Positions 12,954-25,748 of a stretch of DNA of 64,000 bases are shown here, in pieces. A program made the translations under genes and the position numbers. Position 1 is the first letter of the stretch. Each line of letters begins with the position of its first letter. The DNA is from Scyliorhinus canicula. Its lineage: Eukaryota. A model generated the notes under the pieces. That model saw nothing but the letters and a program-made list of their open reading frames with translations. It was not told where the DNA came from and did no database searches. Location of the stretch: NCBI RefSeq assembly GCF_902713615.1, contig NC_052152.1, positions 65,506,818 through 65,570,817 on the forward strand. Reading direction: 5' to 3'.

Positions 12954-12986
12954 CTAAAAGAGACCAAGCTCACCAAAGGCTGTTCA
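12954..12986 (-). CDS. Candidate 33-nt cytoplasmic micro-exon of the CD200-like gene
   Basis: Acceptor tatttttctttcAG| and donor AG|GTAAGC in non-repeat-looking DNA. Symmetric phase 2-2, reads (S)EQPLVSLVSF(R) in the frame left by the TM exon. Confidence 0.5.
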
Positions 12987-14087
12987 CTGAAAGAAAAATA
13001 TTACACGTAGACTTTTTCAATACTGTAACAGACTGCATGTGGCAAAACTACAGTTTATCCAAGATAATTTCCATGAAAAGTAAAAACGTTAAGAGAACAG
13101 AGAAGAAAGATTTGATAACAATCAAACTCTAATTCTTGAACATAAAACACAACCTTGCAGCTGCCTGTATCTCTCTCCTCAAATGAAAGTTCAGTTCTCC
13201 AAATTATAATAACAAAGAAGGAAAAAGAAAGGAAGAGATAAGTCTGGACTTAATAGAACAACTGGCACAACACCAACACAGTGTGCAGAATTTTACAGGC
13301 CCCTGTGGTGATATGCCTGCAAGCAATATCATAGAATGGCTGGTGGTGCGACCTCCAACCAGCAGGTGGTGGTACAAATCCACCATGCTCTGAGATGACA
13401 CACTCCGAAATAAAAACTCAAATCGAAGCTGCTGATACCACGGAGGACCAGCCACTGACCAAGCTAGAAATAGACGACATTGTCCCAATCTTAGAGAAGC
13501 TTGCTCTAGAGGTACTTTGTGACTTGTTCCAGGGTTCTGAAATGACTCTCAGATTCTTGAGGACACTGAGGATGAATGAGAAGACATTGATGATTAAAGC
13601 GATGATAGCAACGCTGATGTTGAAGAGATTGATGGCTCAGAGAGTGAAACAGTGGAGGAGCTGATGACAATCTCGCTACGCAGCTCAATGGATCACTCAT
13701 TTTTTCTCGAACTAGACCAGGATGACCCAACACCTGGATTTTACAGAAGGCACCCTGTAAAGACCACCAAATGGTCATTTCGCCACCTATCAACCTGCCG
13801 CGGATGTATGAGGGATGGGTAAGACTTAGGGCAATCCACCTGCCCTTATTCCAATTGAGGCCCTTAATTGGCCAATAATTGGCCTCTTCTGCATGGCTTA
13901 ACTTTTTGGATGGGGGAGGGAGGGTGGTTGTTGCCCAAAAGGTTAACCTGCTCAAGCGTGATGCAGGAAAGTGTGGGGAATTGATAACCCCTTTCCCGAC
14001 TGAGTTACACTTCCTTAAAATCTGCTCCCCCCTCTGCCTCACGCAAGCTCACCGTATTTACCTTCTTCTAGGCTTCTAGCACTCAGA

Positions 14088-14269
14088 ATGAAATGGAAAT
14101 GGAAATCGTTTATTGTCACAAGTAGGCTTCAAATTAAGTTACTGTGAAAAGCCCCTAGTCACCACATTCCGGCGCCTGTTTGGGATGGCTGGTATGGGAA
14201 TTGAACCTTGCTGCTGGCCTGCCTTGGTTTGCTTTCAAAGCCAGCGATTTAGCCCTGTGCTAAACCAGC
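14088..14269 (-). mobile_element. Short tRNA-derived SINE lacking the V-core, tail type 2
   Basis: Head GCTGGTTTAGCACAGGGCTAAATC...GGTTCAATTCCC joined directly to ...GACTAGGGGCTTTTCACAGTAACTT...CTACTTGTGACAATAAA and (ATTTCC)n. Confidence 0.75.
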
Positions 14270-14807
14270 ATTCTCTGCTGACTTTTCCAGTGGCATGATG
14301 GGAAACACCACCATCGCCATATGGAAAGTCCTGCCACATCTTAAATCACACTTTTCAATATATTTTGCAGGACTCTGATCCCAGAATGAAGCCTCACTCA
14401 ATGAGAACGCAAAATAATTAGGTGAGTCGGTCTGTGGGCTGATTTGCAGTATAACAAACTGTGCAGTTCCACTAATCGAGCGCAATGATCAATTTTCCAA
14501 CCTGCGCCTATGAATGGGGTTTTGTAAAGATCACAGGCAAAGATGATCATTCAACCTTACGCCTGCTGCAAAAATATTAGACATGTCATTTTCTGCACTC
14601 ATGCAAACTCTGGAAGAAAGAACTGAATGACAGTTGTTCCAATTTCTATTTTAAATAACAATATCCTGTATCAGCATATCAGAAAATTTACAGCTTTTTA
14701 TCGATATGCTTCTCTGCTATTTTTTGCATATTACTTCAGAAGAGCTTTATTTTGATATGCGGTTGTATAATCGGCTGGTATTCTTTTTTACTTGACATCC
14801 TGCAAAT

Positions 14808-15291
14808 TGTAAGGGGAATAGACAGGTATTTATGTGGTCGAAAACGAGACTCCCGAATGGTATGTTGCCTCCCGGGTGCTCGGGTCAGGGATGTCTCCGA
14901 TCGGCTGCAGGACATACTGAAGGGGGAGGGTGAACAGCCGGTTGCCGTGGTGCATATAGGCACCAATGATATAGGTAAAAAAAGGGATGAGGTCCTACAA
15001 TCAGAATTTAGGGAGTTAGGAGATAAGTTAAAAAGTAGGACCTCAAAGGTAGTAATCTCAGGATTGCTACCAGTGCCACGGGACAGTCAGAGTAGAAATT
15101 CAAGAATAGTCAGAATGAATACGTGGCTTGAGAGATGGTGCAGGAGGGAGGGGTTCAGATTTTTGGGACATTGGAACCGGTTCTGGGGACAGTGGAACCA
15201 TTACAAACCGGATAGTCTACACCTGGGCAGGACTGGAACCAATGTCCTAGGGGGTGCTTTTGCTAACACTGTTGGGGAGGTTTTAAACTAA
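14808..15291 (+). pseudogene. CR1 ORF1 C-terminal SGNH esterase-like domain
   Basis: CLPGARVRD...VHIGTNDIG...D.LHL motifs; open to a TAA that overlaps the ORF2 ATG. Confidence 0.85.
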
Positions 15292-18211
15292 TGTGGCAGG
15301 GGGGTGGGAACCAGATTAGGAAGTTAGAGGTCAGTAAAGAAGCAGCAACTAAAGCCAGTAAGGTACGAGACAATAAACTCAATGTGACTAAGGGGAAGAG
15401 TAGACAGGGAAGAGATGATGAACGCAAAGGTGGTCTGAGGTGCATTTGTTTTAATGCGAGAAGTGTAGCAGGTAAGGCAGTTGAACTTAGGGCTTGGATC
15501 AGTACCTGGGAATATGATGCTATTGGTATTACTGAGACTTGGTTGAGGGAAGGGCAGGACAGGCAACTGAATATCCCAGGGTATAGATGCTTCAGGAGGG
15601 ATAGAGAGGGAGGTAGAAGGGGTGGAGGAGTTGCATTACTCGTCAGAGATGAGATCACAGCTGTGATTAAGGAGGGCATGATGGAAGATTCGAGCACTGA
15701 GGCAATATGGGTGGAGCTGAGAAATAGGAAGGGTGCAGTAACGTTGTTGGGACTTTACTACAGGCCTCCCAAAAGTGAGCATGAAGTAGAGGCACAAATA
15801 TGCAGACAGATTATAGAAAAATGTAGGAGCAATAGGGTGGTTGTGATGGGAGATTTTAACTTCCCCAACATTGAATGGCATTCGTGTAGTGTTGGAGGCG
15901 TAGATGGAGCAGAGTTTGTAAGGAGCATCCAGGAGAGTTTTTTAGAGCAGTATGTAAATAGTCCAACTCGGGAAGGGGCCATACTGGACCTGGTATTGGG
16001 GAATGATCCCGGCCAGGTGGTTGATGTTTCAGTCGGTGATTACTTTGGGAATAGCGATCACAATTCCGTAAGTTTTAGAATACTCATGGACAAGGACAAG
16101 AGGGGTCCGAAAGGAAAAGTACTAAATTGTGGAAAGGCAGAGTATAACAACATTCAGCTAGGGAATGTGGATTGGGAGCAGCTGTTTAAGGGTAAATCCA
16201 CATTTGAAATGTGGAAGTCTTTTAAGGAAAGGTTGATTAGAGTACAGGACAGACATGTTCCTATGAAAATGAAAGATAGAAATGGCAAGATTAGGGAACC
16301 ATGGATGACGGGTGAAATTGTGAGACTAGCTAAGATGAAAAAGGAAGCATACATAGGATCGAGGCAACTCAAAACTGATGAAGCTTTGGAGGAATATCGA
16401 GAAAGTAGGACGAATCTCAAACGCGCAATAAAGAGGGCTAAAAGGGGTCATGAAATACCTTTGGCCAACAGGGTTAAGGAAAATCCCAAAGCATTTTATT
16501 CGTATGTAAGGAGCAAGAGGGTAACTAGAGAAAGGATTGGCCCACTTAAAGACAAAAGAGGGAATTTATGCGTGGACTCAGAGGAAATGGTGAGATTCTT
16601 AATGAGTACTTTGCATCGATATTCACAAAGGAGAGGGACAAGACGGATGTTGAGGCTAGGGATGGATGTTTAAATACTCTCGGTCAAGTTGTCATATGGA
16701 AGGGGGAAGTTTTGGGTATTCTAAAAGACATTAAGGTGGACAAGTCCCCAGGACCGGATGGGATCTATCCCAAGTTACTGAGGGGAGCGAGGGTCGAAAT
16801 AGCTGGGGCCTTAACAGATATCTTTGCAGCATCCTTGAGTACGGGTGAGGTCCTGGAGGACTGGAGAATTGCTAATGTTGTCCCTTTGTTTAAGAAGGGT
16901 AGCAGGGATAATCCAGGGAATTATAGACCTGTGAGCTTGATGTCAGTGGTAGGCAAACTGTTGGAGAAGATACTGAGGGATAGGATCTATTCACATCTGG
17001 AAGAAAATAGACTTATCAGTGATAGGCAGCATGGTTTTGTGAAGGGAAGGTCATGTTTACAAACCTAATAGAATTCTTTGAGGAAGTGACAAAGTTAATT
17101 GATGAGGGAAGGGCTGCAGATGTCGTATACATGGACTTTAGTAAGGTGTTTGATAAGGTTTCCCATGGCAGGTTGATGGAAAAAGTGAAGTCGTATGGGG
17201 TTCAGGGTGTACTAGCTACATGGATAAAGAACTGGCTGGGCAACAGGAGACAGAGAGTAGTGGTGGAAGGGAGTGTCTCAAAATGGAGAAGGGTGACTAG
17301 TGGTGTTCCACAGGGATCCGTGCTCGGACCACTGTTGTTTGTGATCTACATAAATGACCTGGAGGAAGGTATAGGTGGTCTGATTACCAAGTTTGCAGAT
17401 GATACTAAGATTGGTGGAGTTGCAGATAGTGAGGAGGACTGTCAGAGAATACAACAAATATAGATAGATTGGAGAGTTGGGCAGAGAAATGGCAGATGGA
17501 GTTCAATCCAGGCAATGCGAGGTGATGCATTTTGGAAGATCAAATTCAAGAGCGGACTATATGGTCAATGGAAGGGTCTTGGGGAAAATTGACGTGCAGA
17601 GAGATCTGGGAGTTCAGGTCCATTGTACCCTGCAGGTGGCAACGCAGGTTGATAGAGTGGTCAAGAAGGCATACAGCATGCTTGCCTTCATCGGACGGGG
17701 TATTGAGTACAAGAGTTGGCAGGTCATGTTACAGTTGTATAGGACTTTTGTTCGGCCACATTTGGAATACTGCGTGCAGTTCTGGTCGCCACATTACCAG
17801 AAGGATGTGGATGCCTTGGAGAGGGTGCAGAGGAGGTTCACCAGGAAGTTGCCTGGTATGGAGGGTGCTAGCTATGAAGAAAGGTTGAGTAGATTAGGAT
17901 TGTTTTCGTTGGAAAGACGGAGGTTGAGGGGGGACCTGATTGAGGTCTACAAAATTATGAGAGGTATGGACAGGGTGGACAGCAACAAGCTTTTCCCAAG
18001 AGTGTCAGTTACAAGGGGTCACGATTTCAAGGTGAGAGGGGGAAAGTTTAAGGGAGATGTGCGTGGGAAGTTTTTTACGCAGAGGGTGGTGGGTGCCTGG
18101 AACGCTTTACCAGCGGAGGTGGTAGAGGCGGGCATGATAGCATCATTTAAGAAGCATCTAGACAGGTATATGAATGGGCGGGAACAGAGGGAAGTAGACC
18201 TTGGAAAATAG
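15291..18211 (+). pseudogene. CR1 ORF2 (endonuclease-RT) broken into four frames
   Basis: ORF track pieces 15291-16673, 16568-17068, 17053-17463, 17477-18211. Confidence 0.9.
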
Positions 18212-18747
18212 GAGACAGGTTTAGATAAAGGATCTGGATCGGCGTAGGCTGGGAGGGTCGAAGGGCCTGTTCCTGTGCTGTAATTTTCTTTGTTCTTTGT
18301 ACACACCCTGCTGAATCACATTCTGGGGAAACCAAGTGAAGGTAAATCTCATTCTAACATTTTTTCAATGTTGCTAAGTGGTGAGTCTCAGTTGTGAATT
18401 AAGTCTAAAATAATAACCACATTTTATAGGTTTTCCCCATCCATCACAATATAATGGTTAAAAACTGGCCAGAGCCCCAGGCATTCCCCTTTAACTTCTG
18501 CATTACAGAATTTTCCCAAATACATCCACCCAAAGAAGTTCCCTGGTGAGAGGTTAATTTAACCTTGATGGGATTTCTGTTCAGGTGTTTTTGAATCATT
18601 AACTCCAAACAACATCAAGATTGAGCCGTTACAATATTTGATTTTCACCCTCTGTAAATTTTTCCTTTTCTCGCTATAAATAGAAAAACAAAAAGTAAAT
18701 TTATTTCTGCTGAGAAAAGTACTGATGTCTGTCTATTCCCAATTCTG

Positions 18748-19075
18748 GGGCTGGATGCTCCCCTACCCAGCGTGACGGAGGGTCCCGGCGTAGGGGAGTG
18801 GCGCCAACCACTCAGGGGTCGGGCAAAAAACCGGGGCCCCCGGCAGCGGGGCTGGCTGAAAGGCTTTCGCTGGTCGGCGCATGCGGAGGCAGTGACGTCA
18901 GCGGCCAGCTGCCGCTGATGTCACCACCGGCGCATGCGCGTTGTGGGTTTCTTAGATTCCCGCCACCGCCACCGCCACTTCCCGGGTGGCGGAAAATCTC
19001 TGCCACGGCGGGGGTGGGATTTTAGGCGGCCCCAGGCGATTCATCGACCCTGCTGGGGGTCGGAGAATTTCGCCC
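18748..19075. mobile_element. Harbinger-type MITE with 14-bp imperfect TIRs and CTG target-site duplication
   Basis: GGGCTGGATGCTCC ... GGAGAATTTCGCCC, flanked by CTG on both sides. Confidence 0.75.
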
Positions 19076-19566
19076 CTGTTCTCTCATTTCCTCAAAGCAG
19101 TGTACAAGTGGTCATGTTTCAGACTCTTTTCCACTAAGGCTGAGAATGGTGATGAAACTCAAGTCGGTCTTGAGTGAGAAATATAATGGCAGCTGATCCA
19201 CTGGCTACTGCCTTGTTTCTGCTGCTTCTGGGCCTTCTCTCCAAACGCCTAAACTCTCTCCTGGGACCAATTATTTCCAATTCATGTCAACTAAGGGGTT
19301 TTCGAGTCCTGCCCATGGTGGAAATGGGCGAAGGCGAGATGGAAATTTTCACAGACTAGCCAAAAATCTGTTGACTTCGGGCAGAAATTTCCGCACCCAC
19401 TCAAAATCCCGGCTCTAATGTTAAAGTAGGGTTTGCTTTTCAGTTGCTTAATAATTCATGGTGAATGTGCAAGTTAATTCAGTAATGATTTAGTTTTCAC
19501 ATTATGTTCATTCTCCCATGTAAAGCTGTTGTTAAAACACAAAGCGGGACCATCAGAGATAATAAT

Positions 19567-22500
19567 TGATGCACGATCAATTGCACAAAAGACTCAGATT
19601 GGTACAACTATGGCTTTATTACAGTGTGATGCGTGGCCTCCTACTGCAGCTGGCGAAATGGCTGCTCAGAAGGAGGACTCGCATATTTATACGGCTCCTT
19701 ATGGGCGGAGCTAGCCGGCAGGGGCTACCGGCGAACCTGTAGTGCAGGTCCTACTTCATCCCCTAATACAGGTGCACACAGTGATTCACCCCCTGTTAAA
19801 AATGAGTCCGACGGGGGCGGCGTGGAACTATATACAGTTTTGCAAATAATTTACAGTGGGAGGAAAAATGGCCATTTTGAAGGTCCGGTGCCCGTGAGAG
19901 GTTAAGTCGATCCGGTGCTTTGACGGTTCGCTGGGAGCGACTTAACAGCGGCGGCGATGTCGGTGCTGGCGGTGTTGGTGCTGGCCAGTAGTCGGATGAC
20001 CCCGGGAGCGTGCCAAAGTCTTCCTCGACCTCATGCATGGGCAGGGGAAGGAGGGATGGACCTGGTGGGGTTAATGTTGGGGGCACCGGGGGAGGGGAGG
20101 ATGGCGCCTGGGCGGGGAAGTGTGTTTGGTTGGAACCTGATGGTGCCAGGTCCCTGAGGGAGACGGTATCTTGGCGGCCGTCGGGGAACTCCATGTAGGC
20201 ATAATGGGGGTTGGTGTGGAGCAAGTGTACCCTGTCCACCAAGGGGTCCGCCTTGTGGAGCCAGACATGCCTACGTAGAAGGACCGGTCCTGGAGCTGCC
20301 AGCCAAGTCGGGAGTGACACCCCGGATGTGGACTTCCTAGGGAAGGAAAAAACACGTTCATGAGATGTGCTATTTGTGACGGTGCACAGTAGTGACCGTC
20401 TGCAGGGTATTGCATCAGGGAGGACCTCCTGCCAGCGAGAGGCTGGGAGGTTCCTGGACCGTAGGGCCAGCTCCACGGCCCTCCATACCGTCCCGTTCTC
20501 TCTCTCTACCTGCCCGTTTCCCCGGGGGTTGTAGCTGGTCGTCCTGCTGGAGGCGATACCCCTGCTGAACAGGAACTGAAGCAGCTCATCACTCATGAAT
20601 GAGGATCCCCTGTCACTGTGGATGTAGGCGGGGAAACCGAACAGAGCGAAGATTGTGTTTAGGGCTTTGATGACGGTGGCAGACGTCATATCGGGGCATG
20701 GGATGGCGAAGGGGAATCTGGAGTACTCGTCTACCACACTGAGGATATACGTGTTGCGGTCGGTAGAGGGGAAGGACCCTTTGAAATCCACGCTGAGGCG
20801 TTCAACGGTCTGGCCAGTAGAAGTGCGGCTTGCACTCCGCACAGACCTGGCAGTCTCTCGTGACTGTCCGTACTTCCATGACGGAGTAGGGCAGATTGCG
20901 AGCTTTGACGAGGTGGTACAGTCGTGTGACCCCCGGGTGACAAAGGCTGTTGTGTAGGGCCCGCAGTCGGTCTACTTGTGCGCTTGCACATGTACGTCTG
21001 GCTGGGCGTCTGGGGGGTTATTGAGCTTGCTGGGGCGATACAAAATCTCGTAATTATAGGTGGAGAGCTCGATTCTCCACCGCAAGATTTTATCATTTTT
21101 GATCTTGCCCCGCTGCGTGTTGTTGAACATGAAGGTTACCGACCATTGGTCGGTGAGGAGAGTGAATCTCCTGCCGGCCAGGTAATGCCTCCAATTTCAG
21201 AGGCGCGGATGGTGCGGGAAAAGAAAGCCACGGGTCTGCCTGCCTGGTTTGGAGTGGCGGCAAGGGCGACATCTGAAGCATCGCTTTCTACTTGAAAGGG
21301 CAGTGTTTCGTCTACTGCGTGCATCCCGGTCTTGGCTATGTCTTCTCTAATACGGGCGAATGCATGTTGTGCCTCGGCCGCGAGGGGGAATTGAGTGGGC
21401 TGTATGAGTGGGCTGGTCTTGTCCTCATAGTTTGGGACCCACTGGGCGTAGTAGGAGAAGAACCCCAGGCAGCGTTTGAGGGCCTTGGGGCAGTGGGGGA
21501 GAGGAACCTCCATGAGGGAGTGCATGCAGTCGAGATCGGGCCCCAGATTTCGTTTTGGACTACATAGCCGAGGATGGCTAGGTGGGTCGTGCTGAACACA
21601 CACTTCTCTTTATTATACGTAAGGTTGAGAAGAGTGACGGTGCGGAAGAATTTTGCGAGGTTGGCATCGTGGTCCTTCTGGTCATGGCCGCAGATGGTGA
21701 CATTATCTAAGTACGAAAACGTGGCCCGCAAACCGTACCGGTCGACCATTCGGTCCATCTCCCTTTGGAAGATCGAAACCCCGTTAGTGACGCCGAAAGG
21801 AACCCTAAGAAAGTGATAGAGGCGACTGTCCGCCTCGAAGGCAGTGTATGGACGGTCTGATTTCTGAATGGGGAGCTGGTGGTAGGCGGATTTCAGGTCA
21901 ATAGTAGAGAAGACCCGGTGCTGTGCAATCTGATTGACGATATCAGATATGCGAGGGAGGGGGTACGCTTCGAGCTGTGTGTCCCGGTTGATGGTCTGGC
22001 TGTAGTCCACGACCATTCTGTGTTTCTCCCCAGTTTTAACCACTACCACTTGGGCTCTCCAGGGGCTATTGCTGGCCTCGATAATACCCTCCCGAAGCAG
22101 CCGCTGGACTTCGGACCTGATGAAGGCCTTGTCCTGGGAGCTGTACCGTCTGCTCCTGGTGGCAACGGGTTTGCAATCCGCAGTTAGATTGGCAAAGAGG
22201 GAGGGGGGTCAACCTTGAGGATCGCGAGGCCGCAAACGGTGAGTGGAGGTAGGGGCCCGCCGAATTTGAGGGCAAGGCTCTGGAGATTGCACTGGAAATC
22301 CAGGCCCAGCAATAGTGCAGTGCAGAGGTTAGGAAGGACGTAGAGGCGGAAGCCGGTGAATTCTACGCCCTGGACTGTGAGAGTGACCGTGCAGAACCCT
22401 CGGATGGGGACAGGGTGGGATCCGGAGGCCAGGGAGATCCTTTGATTGGCGGGGTGGACCACGAGGGAGCAGCGCCTTACCGTATCCGGGTGTATGAAGC

Positions 22501-23952
22501 TTTCGGTGCTCCCAGAGTCCAGTAGGCAAGAGGTCATGTGGCTGTCGATTTTTGTCGTTGTGGAAGCGGTGCCCAGGTTGTGTGGACGAGATCGGTCCAG
22601 CGTCATCGAGGCGAGCTGCGGGTAGTCGTCAGAGGTGTCGGATGGACCCAGATCGTGATGTGTAGTTGGTGTTCCTGCCCCATGGGGAAGGCAAGATGGC
22701 GGCGTCTGGAGGTCCTGTGAGGAACAAAATGGCGGCACCCATGGGGCACACATTGCGGGGGCGGGACAAGATGGCGGCGCCCACTGGCCGCACGCAGGTC
22801 CGGGAGGAGAAGATGGCGGCGCAAACTGGCCGCACGTGGCCCCGGGAGGAGAAGATGGTGGCACCCATTGTGCGTTCGGAAGGGTGGAGGGGGCGATTGC
22901 GGGCGCGATAGTGGCGACTGCACGGGCCTGGCACACAGCTGCAAAGTGGCCCTTTTACCGCAAGACTTGCAAGTGGCGGCGCAGGCTGGGCATCGTTGGC
23001 GGGGGTGCTTCTGCTGACCGCAGAATTAGCAGCAGGGACCCCCAGGGTTCGCGGATTGGCGGGCTGTACAGGTGTATTGACTAGGAAGGGCCCCAGCCAG
23101 GGAGGTCATTTGCGGGGTCCAGGAGGGGTAGGCTGGGTGGGCCGCGCGGCGAGTGGGGTAGGCTTGAAAGTTATGAGACGCGACCATCATGGAGAGCGCT
23201 AATGTTGTGGTCTCCGCTCGGTCGAGCGTGGCCCCTTCCAGTAGTCGTTGTTGGATGGAGTCTGACGCAATCCCTGTTACGAATGCGTCGCGCATCAGGA
23301 GATTGTTCGGTGAGAGTGTTCAGTGGCCATAATGGTCTGACAGTCACAGTCCCGTACGAGTGGGATTAGGGCCCGCCAGAAGTCTTCGATTGACTCACCA
23401 AGTAGTTGACAGCGAGTGGCGAGTACGTGCCTGGCGAAGATTGTGTTTGATTTCTGCGCATAGTTCTCTTTTAGGAGTGCCATTACTTCCCTGTAATTTG
23501 GGGCGTCCTGGATCAACGAGAACATGCTGGAGCTCAACCTGGAGTATAAAACTTGAATCTTCTGAGCTTACGTCGGCGCGGTTGTCGCAGCGTTGATGTA
23601 GGCCTCAACACAAGCTAGCCAGTGATTAAAGTCCTTTCTGGCATCGGGCAAGTGCAGATCCAACTGCAGGCAATCTGGTTTGATTCTGATATCCATGTCT
23701 TAGAAAATCTGACTGTAATAAATTGATGCATGATCAATTGCACAAAAGACTCAGATTTGTACAACTTTGGCTTTATTACAGTCAGATGCATGGCCTCCTA
23801 CTGCAGCAGGTGAAATGGCAGATCAGAAGGAGGACACGCATATTTATATGGCTCTTTGTGGGCGGAGCTAGCCGACAGGGGCTACCGGCGAACCTGTAGT
23901 GCAGGTCCTACCTTACATCCCCTAATACAGGTGCACACAGTGATTCACCATA
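19567..23952 (-). mobile_element. Ty3/Gypsy provirus 'C' (YLDN-type RT), degenerate
   Basis: LTRs 19567-~19790 and 23724-23952, about 15 substitutions plus small indels by eye; TSD ATAAT (19562-19566 / 23953-23957). gag from ATG 23696 (MDIRIKPDCLQLD), protease LLDSGSTESF, RT YHQL/VPFG/YLDN, RNase H ESDASD, integrase SVDFKG...HSDRGSSF...GNGQVE. No tRNA-type PBS. Confidence 0.95.
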
Positions 23953-24068
23953 ATAATAAGCAGCAATTACCTGAAGAAGGTTGTGAATTCTGAACCGTGG
24001 CTGCCTCATCAAGTCTGGCAATCTCTAACAGGAAGAACAACAAAAGAAAATCAATCAGGGTTCCGTAG

Positions 24069-25040
24069 ATTCATAGAATGGTTACAGCACCAAAGGAGGT
24101 AATTTGACCCATTAGGTCAGTGCATCTCTCTGCAAGAGCAATTCCACTAGTCCTACCTCCCCCACACCTCCCCGCTTTCCCCACAACCCTACAAATCTCT
24201 ACCTTAAGGTGGTTATCCAATCCCCATTTGAAAGCTATGATTGTATCTGCCTCTACACTATAATCTCATGCAATGTATTCCAGGGCCTGTCTACTCTTTG
24301 GAATCTCCTCATGCCACCATTGCTTCCCCCGCCCCCGCTTCATTTTAAATTGGTGTCCCCTGGTTCTAGACTTCCTCTAACAGAAAGAGTTTCACCCAAT
24401 CTATTCCATCTTGCCCGCTCGCGTCTATCAATTCTTTCAACCTCTCCATTTCAAAGGAGGACAGCGCCATCTTCTCCAACCTATCCATGTTACTGAAGTG
24501 CTTCATCCCTGGAACCATATTGATAAACCTTTTCTGCACCGTCTCAAAGCACTCACCCATTCCTAAAATCTCTGCCCCGGATTTGACACAAGACTCGAGT
24601 TGAGGTTAAACTAGTATATTACAAAGCTACCCCATAACTTCCTTCCTCAATTTATAAAGCTGCATGTCTTTTTAACCACCTTCTTAACCCGCCCCTCCAC
24701 ATTCAATGATTTCTGCACTACACCCCCAAGTTTCTGTTCCTGCACGCCTTTTAGCCTTTAGTTTATATTTTCTCTCCCCGTTGTTCTTCCTACTCAATGC
24801 AAAACTTCTCATTTCTCTGCATTAACTCACACCTGCTGCGTGTCCACCCATTTCACCAGCCTGTTAAGTCCTTTTGAAATCTATTACTATCTTCGTCACA
24901 GTTCACAACACTTCTGAGTTTTATGCCAATGTTTGCAAATTTTGAAATTGTGCTCAATAACTCAGGTTGGAGAACAGTAGTGCTTGTACTAACTCCTGGG
25001 TAATCACACTATGTACCTTCTCCCAATCCAAAAAACAATA
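24069..25040 (-). mobile_element. Old CR1 LINE 3' fragment
   Basis: ETVQKRFINMVPGMKHFSNMDRLEKMALSSFE resembles the CR1 ORF2 C-terminus; ...TGTAACCATTCTATGA tail. Confidence 0.75.
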
Positions 25041-25053
25041 GAATGAGAGACAA

Positions 25054-25748
25054 GGGCCGGTATTCTCTCCCCCCCCCCCCCCCTCCCCCCCCGGGCCGGG
25101 TCGGAGAATCGCCGGGGACCGGTATGAATCCCGCCCCCGCCAGCTGCCGAATTCTCCAGCGCCGGGGATTTGGCGGGTACCGGAATCGTGCCGCGCCGGT
25201 CAGCGGCCGCTGGCAGCGGCCCCACAATGATTCTCCAGCCCGCAATGGGGCGAGTGGCCGCCCGTTTACGGCCAGTCCCATTGGCGTAAATTAGAATAGG
25301 TACTTACCGGCGGGTAATAGGTACTTATCTGGCCCAGTGGCTGCCCCCGCGGTGGCCTGGACCGCGGTCGGGGCCCACCGATCCGGGGGGGGGGGGGAGG
25401 GCCTGTGACGTTGGGGCACTCTATTCCTCTGCGTTGGCTGCTGTGGACCTCCGTGATGGTCGACGCGGAGATGAACCCCCCTGCGCATGCACTAGGATGA
25501 CGCCAGCATGCGCTGGCGCTCCTGCACATGCGGCAACCCACGCAGGCCGCTGGAGGCCTTTCGCGCAGTTGGTGTGGCGCCAAGCCCCTTCCGCACCGGC
25601 CGGCGCGGCGCATACCACTCCGGCACCGGCCTAGTCCCTGAAGGTGCGGAGGATTCCTCACCTTCGGGGCGGCCCGACACTGGAGTGGTTCACGCCACTC
25701 CTTCACGCCGGAGTTGCCCGCCCCGCCAATTCCCGCAGAATCTCGTCC
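25054..25748. mobile_element. GC-rich Harbinger-type MITE (same family as 42124-42843)
   Basis: GGGCCGGTATTCTC ... GCAGAATCTCGTCC ends; internal sequence collinear with 42124-42843. Confidence 0.8.

Larger units (their letters stand above)
14808..18300 (+). mobile_element. CR1 (HER1-like) LINE, 5'-truncated within ORF1, ORF2 frameshifted
   Basis: SGNH-type ORF1 end, APE endonuclease (ITETWL, GDFN, SDH), RT (QHGF, GVPQGSVLGP, FADD), C-terminal WNALP, tail GAAGGGCCTGTTCCTGTGCTGTA and (TTCTTTG)n. Confidence 0.95.

Noticed and set aside
19567-23952. Chromodomain or env gene in Gypsy A, B or C
   Set aside because: The integrase C-termini are Pro-rich and run directly to the PPT, leaving no room or motif for either.
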